This document shows, one piece after another, positions 1 to 12,162 of a stretch of 64,000 bases of DNA (positions are counted from its first letter, which is position 1; each line of letters begins with the position of its first letter). Source of the DNA: Eledone cirrhosa (Eukaryota); assembly GCA_964016885.1 (NCBI GenBank), contig OZ024742.1, positions 13,640,001 to 13,704,000 on the forward strand, in the 5' to 3' direction. The notes under the pieces are model-generated. The model did not search any database, was not told the DNA's origin, and worked only from the letters and a program-made list of their open reading frames with translations. A program made the position numbers and the translations under genes.

Positions 1-671
1 TCTAACTAAATATATCTTTAAACATATCTTTGTCAAAATTATCTCATAATAACTCATAAATAAACAAAACTGGGACTTTCAATATTTTTCCAAAATATTA
101 AAACATATAAGTAATCTTATTGACTCAGTTAATTTAATTTAATTTAATTTAAATACTTAAACTAGTATCCCTCATAATTTATCATCTATAACATGATATA
201 CCCATCTATCCCCTCATATATCTATCCTTATATCTACATTTTATCCTATGCTTCTACTTCATATTTATTTAAATCTATTTTTAATATATTTTAATATATT
301 TTGATATATTTTGATATATTTTAATATATTTTAATATATCTTTATTTTTAATATATCTTTATTTTTTCTATATATCTAATTTTCTATATACTTATAATAG
401 TAAATAAATATTTATTATAATAGAATTCTAACAATTATTAGTAAATATATGTAACATAAATATGTAACATAAACATAAGACTTATTTACGTTATATGAAC
501 TCATCCTCGCATAACCTTCTTTCTTCGCTCTTTCTTCACTTTATTTCTTCACTCTACTTCTATATATACTAATATTTTTTTCTTTTCTTTTCTCTCTCTT
601 CTTTTTTTCTCTATCTTCTTCGCACAGCCTAATTTAAATAAACGGTTGTTTTTAACTATGTTGAATTTCCA

Positions 672-1074
672 TATATTTGTTGAATTTCCAACAAATTAAA
701 TATCCCTTCTACTTATGTATATATGTATGTATGTAAAAGGTAAACAACACAATCGGTACAATATATGGAAGGGATATATTAGGTTAACGCTTAATATAAC
801 AGGAAGAGGGTCTTAACTTTTCGGACGCTAGTCCTTCATTAGAAGAAAGAAGGAGAAATAAGATAGATTGAGGGAACCGGTGGGTTGGAATTGGAATATA
901 TATATATATTTATATATACATATATATTATAAACAAGAAAAACGGTTTCACTTGTACATCCCTACGTTTTTCATGTTCATTATTATAATAAAACTCCGGA
1001 TGAACAAAAATCTTGGCGTGCTTTACCTTAAGAAAAAGTCTGCAGATGTTCAATCAACCAACTTTCTTCAATTG

Positions 1075-1124
<50 letters not shown>

Positions 1125-1289
1125 AAGGACTAGCGTCCGAAACGTTAAGACCCTCTTCTGCTATATTAAGCATTAACCTGATATATCCCTTCCATATATT
1201 GAACCGATTGTGTTGTTTACCTTTTACATACATATATATATATATATAAGTAGAGGGATATTTAATTTGTTCGGAATTCAACAAATATA
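672..1289. mobile_element. Inverted duplication (arms ~672-839 and ~1122-1289) of an HHR-bearing, Penelope pseudo-LTR-like sequence
   Basis: Arms are reverse complements with scattered mismatches, e.g. TCGGACGCTAGTCCTTCAT vs ATGAAGGACTAGCGTCCGA and GTAAAAGGTAAACAACACAATCGGT vs ACCGATTGTGTTGTTTACCTTTTAC. Both inner ends stop at an HHR core. Inverted pLTR fragments are typical of Penelope-like element (PLE) insertions. Confidence 0.8.
1120..1150 (+). ncRNA. 5'-truncated minimal hammerhead ribozyme motif
   Basis: TGATGA-A-GGAC-TAGC-GTCC-GAAA-CGTT: stem II GGAC/GTCC, palindromic stem III AACGTT. The first C of CUGANGA and the 5' strand of stem I are replaced by (TA)n. Confidence 0.65.
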
Positions 1290-1383
1290 AATGTTTATAA
1301 CTGATTCAGAGCACTCGACAGTTTTATGGAATAAATATTCAATGATATTAAATAAATGTAAACTATATTTATAAAACCATATT

Positions 1384-1445
1384 TATTCTATTATATATAT
1401 TTCAAGGGTACCAAAAACTTTGGTACGCTTTCATCAGATAAAATA
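1384..1445 (-). ncRNA. Type I hammerhead ribozyme
   Basis: Minus strand reads TATTTTAT-CTGATGA-AAGCGTACCAAA-GTT-TTTGGTACCCTT-GAAA-TATATA-TA-ATAGAATA. 8-bp stem I (one G.U), long stem II with one mismatch, palindromic stem III, AUA cleavage triplet. Confidence 0.85.
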
Positions 1446-1605
1446 CAAAGTGTGTTTTATAAATGTGTGTGTGTGTGCGTTGTTGTTATTTATGTGTGTA
1501 ACTACAGTGACAATTGAATGCCGTTCGAAGAGGACCGTCTCTTGTATTCCTGATTTAAGCTGGCTGTTGTGTGCAGAGTGTAAATAGAGTAAAACTAACT
1601 TCGAT

Positions 1606-2204
<599 letters not shown>

Positions 2205-2207
<3 letters not shown>

Positions 2208-2437
2208 GTCGCTCTCGAGTGCTACTGGTAACATGTAACCCAGTACAACCTGTCTCGTGGTCAGGTCGCCGGCGACTAAACTGACAACACCACCAAGCTT
2301 GCTTGGTGAGGAGGGTGATAATTGGACACCCTGCGGGATGAAATACAGGACCCGGCAAAGGGTGGAGGAACTCAGCAGAATCAACAGTCATCCAAATAGT
2401 ATTTTTTTTTTTATACGGAGAGGTTAAACTCTGAGGC
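2205..2437 (+). mobile_element. GC-rich, hairpin-rich interspersed repeat (resembles a LINE 5' leader or LINE-derived SINE), copy 1
   Basis: 2299-2437 is a near-identical reverse complement of 5911-6049. Hairpins TACTGG/CCAGTA, ACCTG/CAGGT and CACCAAGC-TT-GCTTGGTG. Family assignment is from recollection only. Confidence 0.6.
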
Positions 2438-2775
2438 ATAAAAAGCTTAGGGCTGTCGTTGTATTTTCCGTGGCAAACATTTTCACCGAAGATATGTGTC
2501 GTCAGTTCCAAAAACTGTGGTTGGTCCTACACAAGCCTTCACCACTTAAAACAAAACTTTGTGCGGGTAGTTCAACATCAGTTCACTTTCTCACATCAAC
2601 TTTTGTTGGACAATCATACGTCCGATATCGACGGGAGAGTCCATCATATATATATATATAAATATTTACACATACACCAATTAAACAAAGTCACAGGTAT
2701 ATATGTGTTTTGGCAACTTTTCACGATGTGGCTCAATGGAGAATTAATAAATTAATCAGAGCAAAATACTATAGA

Positions 2776-3395
<620 letters not shown>

Positions 3396-3490
3396 GGGAG
3401 AACACTTGAAGGCTATATCCGTAGTAGTAGAGCACTCAGTCGATGGGACGAGTTAGGTAGCTGTGCTGTTCCGTATAACCATGTCCATTA

Positions 3491-3540
3491 CCATTACGAG
3501 CTGAGGATCCGCTGAGATGAAACAGCTGTTCTCGGTATGG
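3491..3540 (+). ncRNA. Minimal hammerhead ribozyme (weak stem II) in a 175-bp island between (TA)n tracts
   Basis: CCATTACGAG-CTGAGGA-TCCGCTGAGAT-GAAA-CAGCTG-TT-CTCGGTATGG. Stem I CGAG/CTCG extended by CCAT/ATGG, palindromic stem III AACAGCTGTT, GUU site. Confidence 0.7.
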
Positions 3541-3562
3541 TGAACTAACTGTTGTGTAACCA

Positions 3563-3625
<63 letters not shown>

Positions 3626-3802
3626 ATACTTTGGGAGAGTCATGTTGCCAATAAGAAACACACGCACCAGTTGCTTTCACTTCAATTTATTGTATATTTA
3701 TAAATTTACAAATTTATAAATTTCTGGCTGGTTGGTTGGTTCCAATATCGGTTTCAACACACGATTTCAGATAAAGAATCTTGCTAAACAAATTCAGAAA
3801 CG

Positions 3803-3842
<40 letters not shown>

Positions 3843-3962
3843 TTATTTATTAAAATAACAGATTAAAGTTTAAGCAAAGAATCGCTGCTTTCACCCTTAA
3901 CGGGATCTTCTGAAACTAACAAAAAACGTTGCAACCAGAGGAAGACAGGAAGACGATACTTT

Positions 3963-4249
3963 GGTTCGTGGAAACGTACGCTGGCAAAGAACGGGAAAAA
4001 ACGAATATTATACGTCATTATTTGGAGCGGTGAAAAACAATTACACGCAAAGACAAAAACATGTTTATGGTATGGTATAAAATAAGTCGTAGACTAATAT
4101 TCTAATAGGTGGTTCATAGAGACGTTCTCTGGCAATGAACTTAAAAAACGAAGATAATACGTCATATTTAGACGGGGAGAACAATTGCACGCGATGACAA
4201 AACCACGTAAATGGTATAACAGAGGTCGTAGACTAAAATTCTAACTAGG
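3963..4249. repeat. Diverged ~145-bp tandem direct duplication (3963-4109, 4111-4249)
   Basis: Colinear shared blocks GGTTC..ACGT..CTGGCAA..AAAAAACGAA..ATACGTCAT..ACAATT.CACGC..GACAAAA..ATGGTATAA..GTCGTAGACTAA.ATTCTAA. Confidence 0.8.
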
Positions 4250-4932
4250 AAACCGAATGATTCTCCGCTTCAGAGTTAAGAATAAAGTAAATAAAATACA
4301 GAGGTAATTGAAATTTAAAAAATACATACACGCATCCATATACGTACATACACAAGCATACGCGAAAACGCTCGCCATAGGTATACACATACACGAACTA
4401 AAAAAAAAAAATACCCGCACGCACATCCATAACCCACGCAACGCCTGTACCCGCACGCATACGAAAGTATACACCAAATACACATAAAAAAAAATATATA
4501 TATATATGTGTGTGTGTGCATATATATAATTAAATACACGTATATAAATAAATAAATACGTATATAACAAGCGTGCACACACATACCTACATGTAAATAC
4601 ACATATGTTCGGAGACTACGTCAACCAAAACACAAAGTACACATATCCACACACCCTACAGACGTACGAACCCGCATACTCACAGAGACGCAAAACTCAC
4701 GTATACACATAACCAACAGCATATGTACCAGAATATATAATATATACGCCATAACATATACAATCAGATATACGTACGAGAAGTATACGTATCGTCACAA
4801 AACATACAGGTAATATATACTTACCTATACAAATAAGTAATGGTATAAACAAAACATATACTTAGCTACCACATCAAGACGTAAAATATCCGCGTATAGT
4901 TCGTACTATCCGTTAGGGTATAATGTGGGACT

Positions 4933-5913
4933 CTAATACAGGAAAATGTTGTGCAATTTATGTTTACAAGCCGAAATTGCCTCAGATTTTTTGTTTAAGA
5001 TGTGGTCTTTGGCGTAGAGTATTTCTAGGGCATCAGCGGCGCAGAGGTCACATGGTCTTTTATTTCCGTTATACGATTTAGCCCTAGCTAGGATCTCCCA
5101 GTGTAACTTATATTGGGTGTGGTTGTCTTTTAGACTCCAGATATAAGCTGAAAGTGACGTCATATTCCTTCTTAAAGGGTTAAGAAAAGAATGGATATGC
5201 ATGTAAAGACGCTGCTTGAATCTATTGGCGTTTAACCCTATGTAGGCCCTACGGGACGTGGGTATTTCAACCTTACATTTGTAGACAATGTTACTAGAGA
5301 GGCATTTCCCGGATAGGGGGCAATCAACCCGATTCCTACAATTACAGTTAGTACTAACTACAGGGTTGCACGTGTTCCTAAGGCTAGGTAGTTTAGCTAA
5401 ATTTGAAGCTGTGATGTTATGTGCAAGGTTAGGAGTCGTAGAGTAAGACATTTTAATAGTATTTCTATTAAAAATGTTACTATATTTATGTGTAGGGGTA
5501 AAATGCTTCATAATAAGGGAGAGAAAGATCTTAGCTAATGGTGTGGCCACCTCCATATTATATGGTGGGTTATACCATATAATGCGTCGGGATCTATTTC
5601 TTCTAGGTCTATTCTCGTACTCTGTATATGCTACCTTATCGACAAATCCACTCCGAGCAAGAGCTTCATTGTAATATGTGGAATGGTCGTTGAAAATATG
5701 CTCGTTAGTATATGGACGGGAAATCCTCAAAGAAACGTTTCTTACCAGGTTCTTGGTTATGCTGGCAGGATGGTAAGGATGCTTACTTATGTAATTAAGC
5801 GTATCATTCGGCTTTCTATACGGGTAATGCAAGCCATTCGATAAATTGAGTGTAACGTTGAGGTAATTAACGACCGAGAGGTTGGCCTCAACCTGTATGG
5901 AGAGGTTGAAGCC
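4933..5913 (-). mobile_element. Penelope-like retroelement ORF, 5'-truncated: RT C-terminus/thumb + Cys-rich linker + GIY-YIG endonuclease
   Basis: The frame stays open 27 codons upstream of the ORF-track start (FNLSIQVEANLSVVNYLNVTLNL..PYRKPN). Motifs IIWYNPPY, IFNRNTIKMSYS, CNCRNRVDCPLSGKC, IVY..YIG..FKQR..H, CDLC, LNKKSE..CKH. The RT catalytic core is absent. Confidence 0.92.
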
Positions 5914-6049
5914 TCGGAGTTTAACCTCTCCGTATAAAAAAAAAAAAACTATTTGGATGGCTGTTGATTCTGCTGAGTTCCTCCACCCTTTGCCGTGTCT
6001 TGTATTTCATCCCGCAGGGTGTCCAATTATCACCCTCCTCACCAAGCAA
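5911..6049 (-). mobile_element. Interspersed repeat copy 2 (partial copy of 2205-2437) fused to the truncated PLE 5' end
   Basis: Reverse complement of 2299-2437 with few substitutions. Confidence 0.8.
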
Positions 6050-6966
6050 TAGCTCTACGGTTCTTATATATTTGATATATATTTATCCTTATCGAGCCCT
6101 CTTTGGATTTTAGTCTTTAAATTTATTATTATTACTATATATATATCTTCAGCCCCGGTATCAGTACATTAGTGGTTATGTTAGGAGAAACTTGCCCAAG
6201 GTTCTTCACACTGAGTTGGAAACCGGAATGTTGTAAACAATTTAAATACACTGCATATATGTTTATCTAGGTATGTATATCCTCTCCGTGTGTGAGAGAG
6301 AGAGTGTGTGTCTGTGTATGTCTGTAGTATGTTTGTATTTCAATGTTTAGTGTATGTGCGTGTGTGTATCTATATGTATGTGTGTGTGAATGTGTGTGAG
6401 TGAGTCTGTGAGTTGTTTATGTGAGTGTGTGGGATGTGTGTGTGTATGTCTGTGTCTGGATGTACATATGAATGTGTGTGAATGTGTGTATGTATATTTG
6501 TGTATGTGTCTATGTGTGGGTGTATAGTATGTGCGTTTGGATTTTAAGAAAAATCCATTACAATGTCAGTGATTAATCATCAATTAATAGACAAATGAGA
6601 AAGGTGAATCAATTAATTGTACGACCGTCTTTCACCTCGTTCTGCCTATCTTTCCTTTATTTTTGTTTTTGTTGTCTTTTAGTTCTCACTTCACCAATTT
6701 ATCAGACTCCTCTGATTTTTTCAGATTGATGTATAAACACAATATAATGATAGCGTTGCTGTTGGATTGGTGGAAAATAACGGCCGCTTACGACGTCAAA
6801 TCAAAATAGTTAATTGCCTTTTTGTGTGTGATGAACAATCCATCCTCCGTTAATTTATATTTTGGTTTTGTTTTGTTTTGGTTTTCTGAAAACCCACAAT
6901 GAGAGAACATGATTTGTTGCTGTGTTTTTGCGGTTGATTTTACGATTGTTGTTGTTGTTTTTGTTT

Positions 6967-7200
6967 TTCTTCTTCTTCTTCTTCTTCTTCTTCTTCTTCT
7001 TCTTCTTCTTCACCCACTTATCCCTGAGAGGGTCGTGGCGGTAGAGTCCTCAAACTCTCCTTCCAACGGGTCCTGTTAGAAGCAACCGTCTCCAACTGAT
7101 CCGGCTGGATCCCCAAGTGAGACCAGCCGAGCTTATGGATGTTATCCAACTATCTTGTCTAGGGTGTACCCCTGGCTCTCCTGCCGGTTAGTTTGACCGT
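6967..7200 (-). mobile_element. RTE-clade (Rex3/Expander-like) LINE 3' end with (GAA)n tail, decayed
   Basis: Minus translation GRRARGTP*TR*LDNIHKLGWSHLGIQPDQLETVASNRTRWKESLRTLPPRPSQG* matches the RTE C-terminal pattern G.RPRGRP.TRW.D..W..LGI....LPPRP. Stop at 7018-7020, then a (GAA)n tail at 6967-7011. Confidence 0.85.
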
Positions 7201-7281
7201 AAAATCTATCATTGTCCAGGTATATATCATTGCCGTAGCGATAATATAGATTGGTGAGGTTTATGTTTAAACAGATAAACA

Positions 7282-7282
<1 letters not shown>

Positions 7283-7340
<58 letters not shown>

Positions 7341-7342
7341 CA

Positions 7343-7394
<52 letters not shown>

Positions 7395-7446
7395 CAATAC
7401 ACACACACACATCAACACACACACACACACACACACACATCAACAC
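7283..7446. repeat. Interrupted (CA)n microsatellite
   Basis: Directly visible; further (CA)n/(TG)n tracts at 6290-6535 and 8373-8740. Confidence 0.95.
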
Positions 7447-7870
7447 ATTTCTCTTTGTGTGTTTTGTAACAACGAATGTATAGACCTGTCGATTTTGTTG
7501 TTTGTGGTGGTATAGATTTTCAATGGTTGGTCACCCCTCTCGGAGACGGCCATGCCAACATTTCCATTTCATCCACAATCTCGCAGACATATATTTAGTT
7601 TTCGATCATAATGATGAAGATTCCAACAGATTAGAGGATCAGCATTCAATAGGTCGATCAACTGAACAATGTAGGCGTTAAATTAACCACTAAATAGTTG
7701 AGACTTCTACAGATACAAGCAGCCCAGTACCATGTTGAGTGACATAGTTTATGACAAGTCAGGCACCTTGAATTACTGGTACCATCCCCTCTGATGGGCT
7801 TCTATATTTCTAAACATTTCAGCTCACACCGATATGGTAAAAAACACATGTTACATACATATATATATAA

Positions 7871-8090
7871 TTGTTTCTACTTTTGGCACAAGGCCACCAA
7901 TTATTCAGTACATTACTGGTACTTTATTTTATCGACCCCGTAAGGATGAAAGGTAAAAGTTAACCTAGGCGGGATTTGAACTCAGACCATAAAGAGACGT
8001 AACTATGCAGGAAAGCATGTCCCCCCCCCCCCCCCCGCCTACCGATACTGCATATTCACCGCCCTACGATACTGCGAATTCACCGCCCTA
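7871..8090 (-). mobile_element. tRNA-derived SINE, degenerate
   Basis: Minus-strand B box GAGTTCAAATCCCGCC (7968-7983), then the conserved SINE body CCTTTCATCCTTACGGGGTCGATAAAATAAAGTACCAG. The head GGGCGGTGAA.. is tandemly duplicated (24 bp, 8043-8090). Confidence 0.75.
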
Positions 8091-8369
8091 CATACATATA
8101 TATATATAATGGGAGAGAACTCGGTTCTACCCGACTTTGATGTCACTCGTATGTACCTTTGTCCACACCGAGAGACACACGCCATTACGTACACACTGTT
8201 GGTTCTGTTCCGTCTCCATTGATATTCACTTAGTTCGATGTTTTCAACAATTATCTATATTGATCAACTTTCAAACGACTGCATTTAAAAATTCAATTTC
8301 TGTCTGTCTATTACGTAAGAGAATGTTCTTTACGTATATCATTGGATTAAGTTACATATATGTACATAT

Positions 8370-8462
<93 letters not shown>

Positions 8463-8545
8463 TATATATATATAAATGTTTGTGTGTATGTATGTGTGTG
8501 TGCGTGCGAGTAATTGTCTGTGTGTGTGTGTGCATACTTGAATAC

Positions 8546-8600
<55 letters not shown>

Positions 8601-9595
8601 GTGAGAGAGAGAAAGAGAGAAACGGGAAAGGAGAGATAGATAGACATGTAGACATACGTGTGTTTGCCGATGTATGTGTGTGTGTATGTGTGTGTGTATG
8701 TGTATGTCTGTATGTGTGTCCAATGAAAAGTGTGTGTGTATAATATCATAGGAGTTATCTTATATGTGTCTTAAGACTGAAAAAAAATAAGAAAGAATAA
8801 AGCAAGAAAATGAGAAAGAAATGTTATGTGCTTGGCTAACGACCTTACTATGGATGTGTTGTATGAGAAGAGAGTTGATTTCAATGTCGTATAATTATGT
8901 TTATACTATTGTAAACGATGTTATTGATGTTGTTGTCATTGTTGATAACGTGTTTTTTTTTCCTTTGTAGTTGTAGAAGCAGTAGTAGAATTGTTGTGGA
9001 TATTATTGATAAGGTTATATTTGTTGTTAGTGATATTGTTAGTGTGAAATGTTTACGGTGTCTAGTCATGTCATGTCAGGGTTTATTTATAAACACTGTG
9101 AATGTCTTGTTATATAGCACTACTCTTCATATCTAATATGGCTGCATAATAGAAACTCTATTTTCTATTGTAAATTGGGTGGCTGGCTTCTTGCTGGCTG
9201 TTATTGGTCATAGAAACTCATTGACATATTCTAGGCTGGAAAACTATCTTCTTGTGGATATCGCCTGTTGTTGCTGCAGGCTTCTTCTATATAACATGAT
9301 GGATGTCTTAGTTTTCTTATGGCGCTAGTCTGACGCTTTAATTGTTAAGAGTATTAAAGAAAGACTACTTATTGTCAGCAACAAGGTCATTGGGAACATA
9401 AGTGTCATTGAAGTAGGGGTCTACAACAGACAACACCATTCACATACTGTTGTCTAGTTAGATTTATGAAATCTTCTTTATAATGCTCGTCTTCATGTAT
9501 ACACACCCACATATACACTCGCATATTTATGTAAGTATATATGTGTGTATGTGAATATATATATATATGTATACATATATATATATATACATACA

Positions 9596-9627
<32 letters not shown>

Positions 9628-10424
9628 CACACATACATATATCGTATTACACTAAATTAAAAGTGATTCGTTACAACTGGCCAAGAATATATATATATAC
9701 ATACATATTCATATAAATATGTGTGCGCGCGCGCGTGTGTGTTCTTGTGTGTGTGTGTGTGTGAGAGAGTGTTTGTTTGTGTGTGTGTGTATTCCTCTAA
9801 CACAATAGCATGGAATTCAATAAGTGTGAAGTAGACTAGGGACGATATTCTATCGTCTGTCTGTGGTCATCAAGGATATCTTGATTTTTTATCGTCTGCT
9901 GCTGTATGTATCGGTGCATGCGTGCTGGGCCAGGAAGCATGGCTGCTTTAGAGGTCAACACACAGTATTATCGCAGTGATTAGTAAGTATTCACTGATTG
10001 CAGCGAAGAAAGTACCATCCTGCTAAAGAAAATAAACGCCTCTGGCGCCAGCCTCGTCGGTATTAAGCAACATTTGAATAATTCAGTTGAACTGTTTGTT
10101 GGGATGTAATGTAGACATGTTAAGGCAACGTGGTTAATATATCGGATGTTTCTATGAAATATAGCGACAGGTATGATAGGAATAGAGGAAGTGTGAGGTA
10201 GATTAGAAGAAATTTAAAGGTGACAGATTGTGTAAGGAGGAGTTTCGTGTGACGGGAATGTACGGAAACGTGTGGGAGCAAAAGGAAAACAGAGAGGAGC
10301 AAACGAGGATTTTGTTTTTAGAATTTTCAGAGGCGGGCTAAGAAGATATTCCCAACATTTAAAGCTTTAATAAATGTTTCTTATAATTAAAAAAAAATAT
10401 GTGTTCGTTCTACATTGCGGAATA

Positions 10425-10758
10425 CAGTAAATATAATCTTGAATTTTCGAATATTAATAATAATATTCGATTCGTTTGCAATTATACAAACAAGCCTCAA
10501 TTTTAAAGCTATGTCAGTAGAATGAACACTTCCTATATTTTAACCAGCTCTGACAGTTTGGAAGGTAAACAGTGAGCTGTACTGATGAAGGGTGGTACCC
10601 AGAAACATTAGTGCCTGCAGTTCTGTTCACATGCCAACACATGAGCAAGAATGAGGGGCTCATTCTACTGATATGGTGGCTATAACATTGACGCTTATTT
10701 GATAATTGCAAACAAATCGAATCTAATTATTAATATTCGAAAAACTCAGATTACATTT

Positions 10759-10762
<4 letters not shown>
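10425..10762. mobile_element. MITE of Tc1/mariner type, ~338 bp, ~100-bp imperfect TIRs, TA target duplication
   Basis: TA|CAGTAAAT..TTTTCGAATATTAATAAT..TTTGCAATTAT..TCAGTAGAATGA on the left; TCATTCTACTGA..ATAATTGCAAAC..ATTATTAATATTCGAAAA..ATTTATTG|TA on the right. Confidence 0.82.
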
Positions 10763-11562
<800 letters not shown>

Positions 11563-11578
11563 ACTTCCATGAGAATAG

Positions 11579-11661
11579 ACTTTCCTGACGACGGAATGCT
11601 TCTATATATTATTCTTCGGAAAATATATTTACTCCATTCCAGAAACTAATTAGTTGGAAGT
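11579..11661 (+). ncRNA. Type I hammerhead ribozyme in an island between (TA)n tracts
   Basis: ACTTTC-CTGACGA-C-GGAATG-[36 nt]-CATTCC-A-GAAA-CTAATTAG-TT-GGAAGT. 6-bp stem I, 6-bp stem II after a C.A mismatch, palindromic stem III AACTAATTAGTT, GUU site. Confidence 0.82.
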
Positions 11662-11830
11662 GATATTTAAGTAAGTAAGTTAATTTTATAATTTTCTTAT
11701 TTTACGTCTCTTATATTATTGTTCTGCAACCCCATGCATTGAACCACACTGTTATTAAGACAAAACCTATATATTTGCTAGCATTGATATGCATCTGTAT
11801 GTATATATCTGTTACTAGATATGAATTCTT

Positions 11831-12033
<203 letters not shown>

Positions 12034-12034
12034 T

Positions 12035-12084
<50 letters not shown>

Positions 12085-12162
12085 GTATATATATGTATAT
12101 ATATCTATATATATATAAATATGTACATATACTTATATATACATATAAGTACCTACATGAGT

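Noticed and set aside
2205-2290. Canonical HDV-like or twister ribozyme
   Set aside because: P1-P2-P3-P1.1-P4 order could not be satisfied and twister core residues are missing; kept only as an unassigned structured RNA.
2618-2646. HHR-like TGATG-GAC-TCTCCC-GTC-GATATC on the minus strand
   Set aside because: Several core deviations (no C, missing A, GATA for GAAA) and no stem I; at best a relic.
3745-3775. CTGAAA..GAAACCGATA on the minus strand, HHR-like
   Set aside because: Core and stem II are broken; cannot be supported.
4193-4233. ATGA-N11-AAA-..-GA SECIS pattern on the + strand
   Set aside because: Poor helix pairing and antisense to the PLE ORF.
5474-5674. 66-aa + strand ORF
   Set aside because: Antisense shadow of the PLE ORF.
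6150-6255. Possible second SINE remnant (CTTGCCCAAGG)
   Set aside because: Too degenerate to define boxes or ends.
8880-9500. Possible decayed PLE endonuclease end (..INKP..RHRKHF on the minus strand)
   Set aside because: Only a few residues resemble the motif; no GIY-YIG core recoverable.
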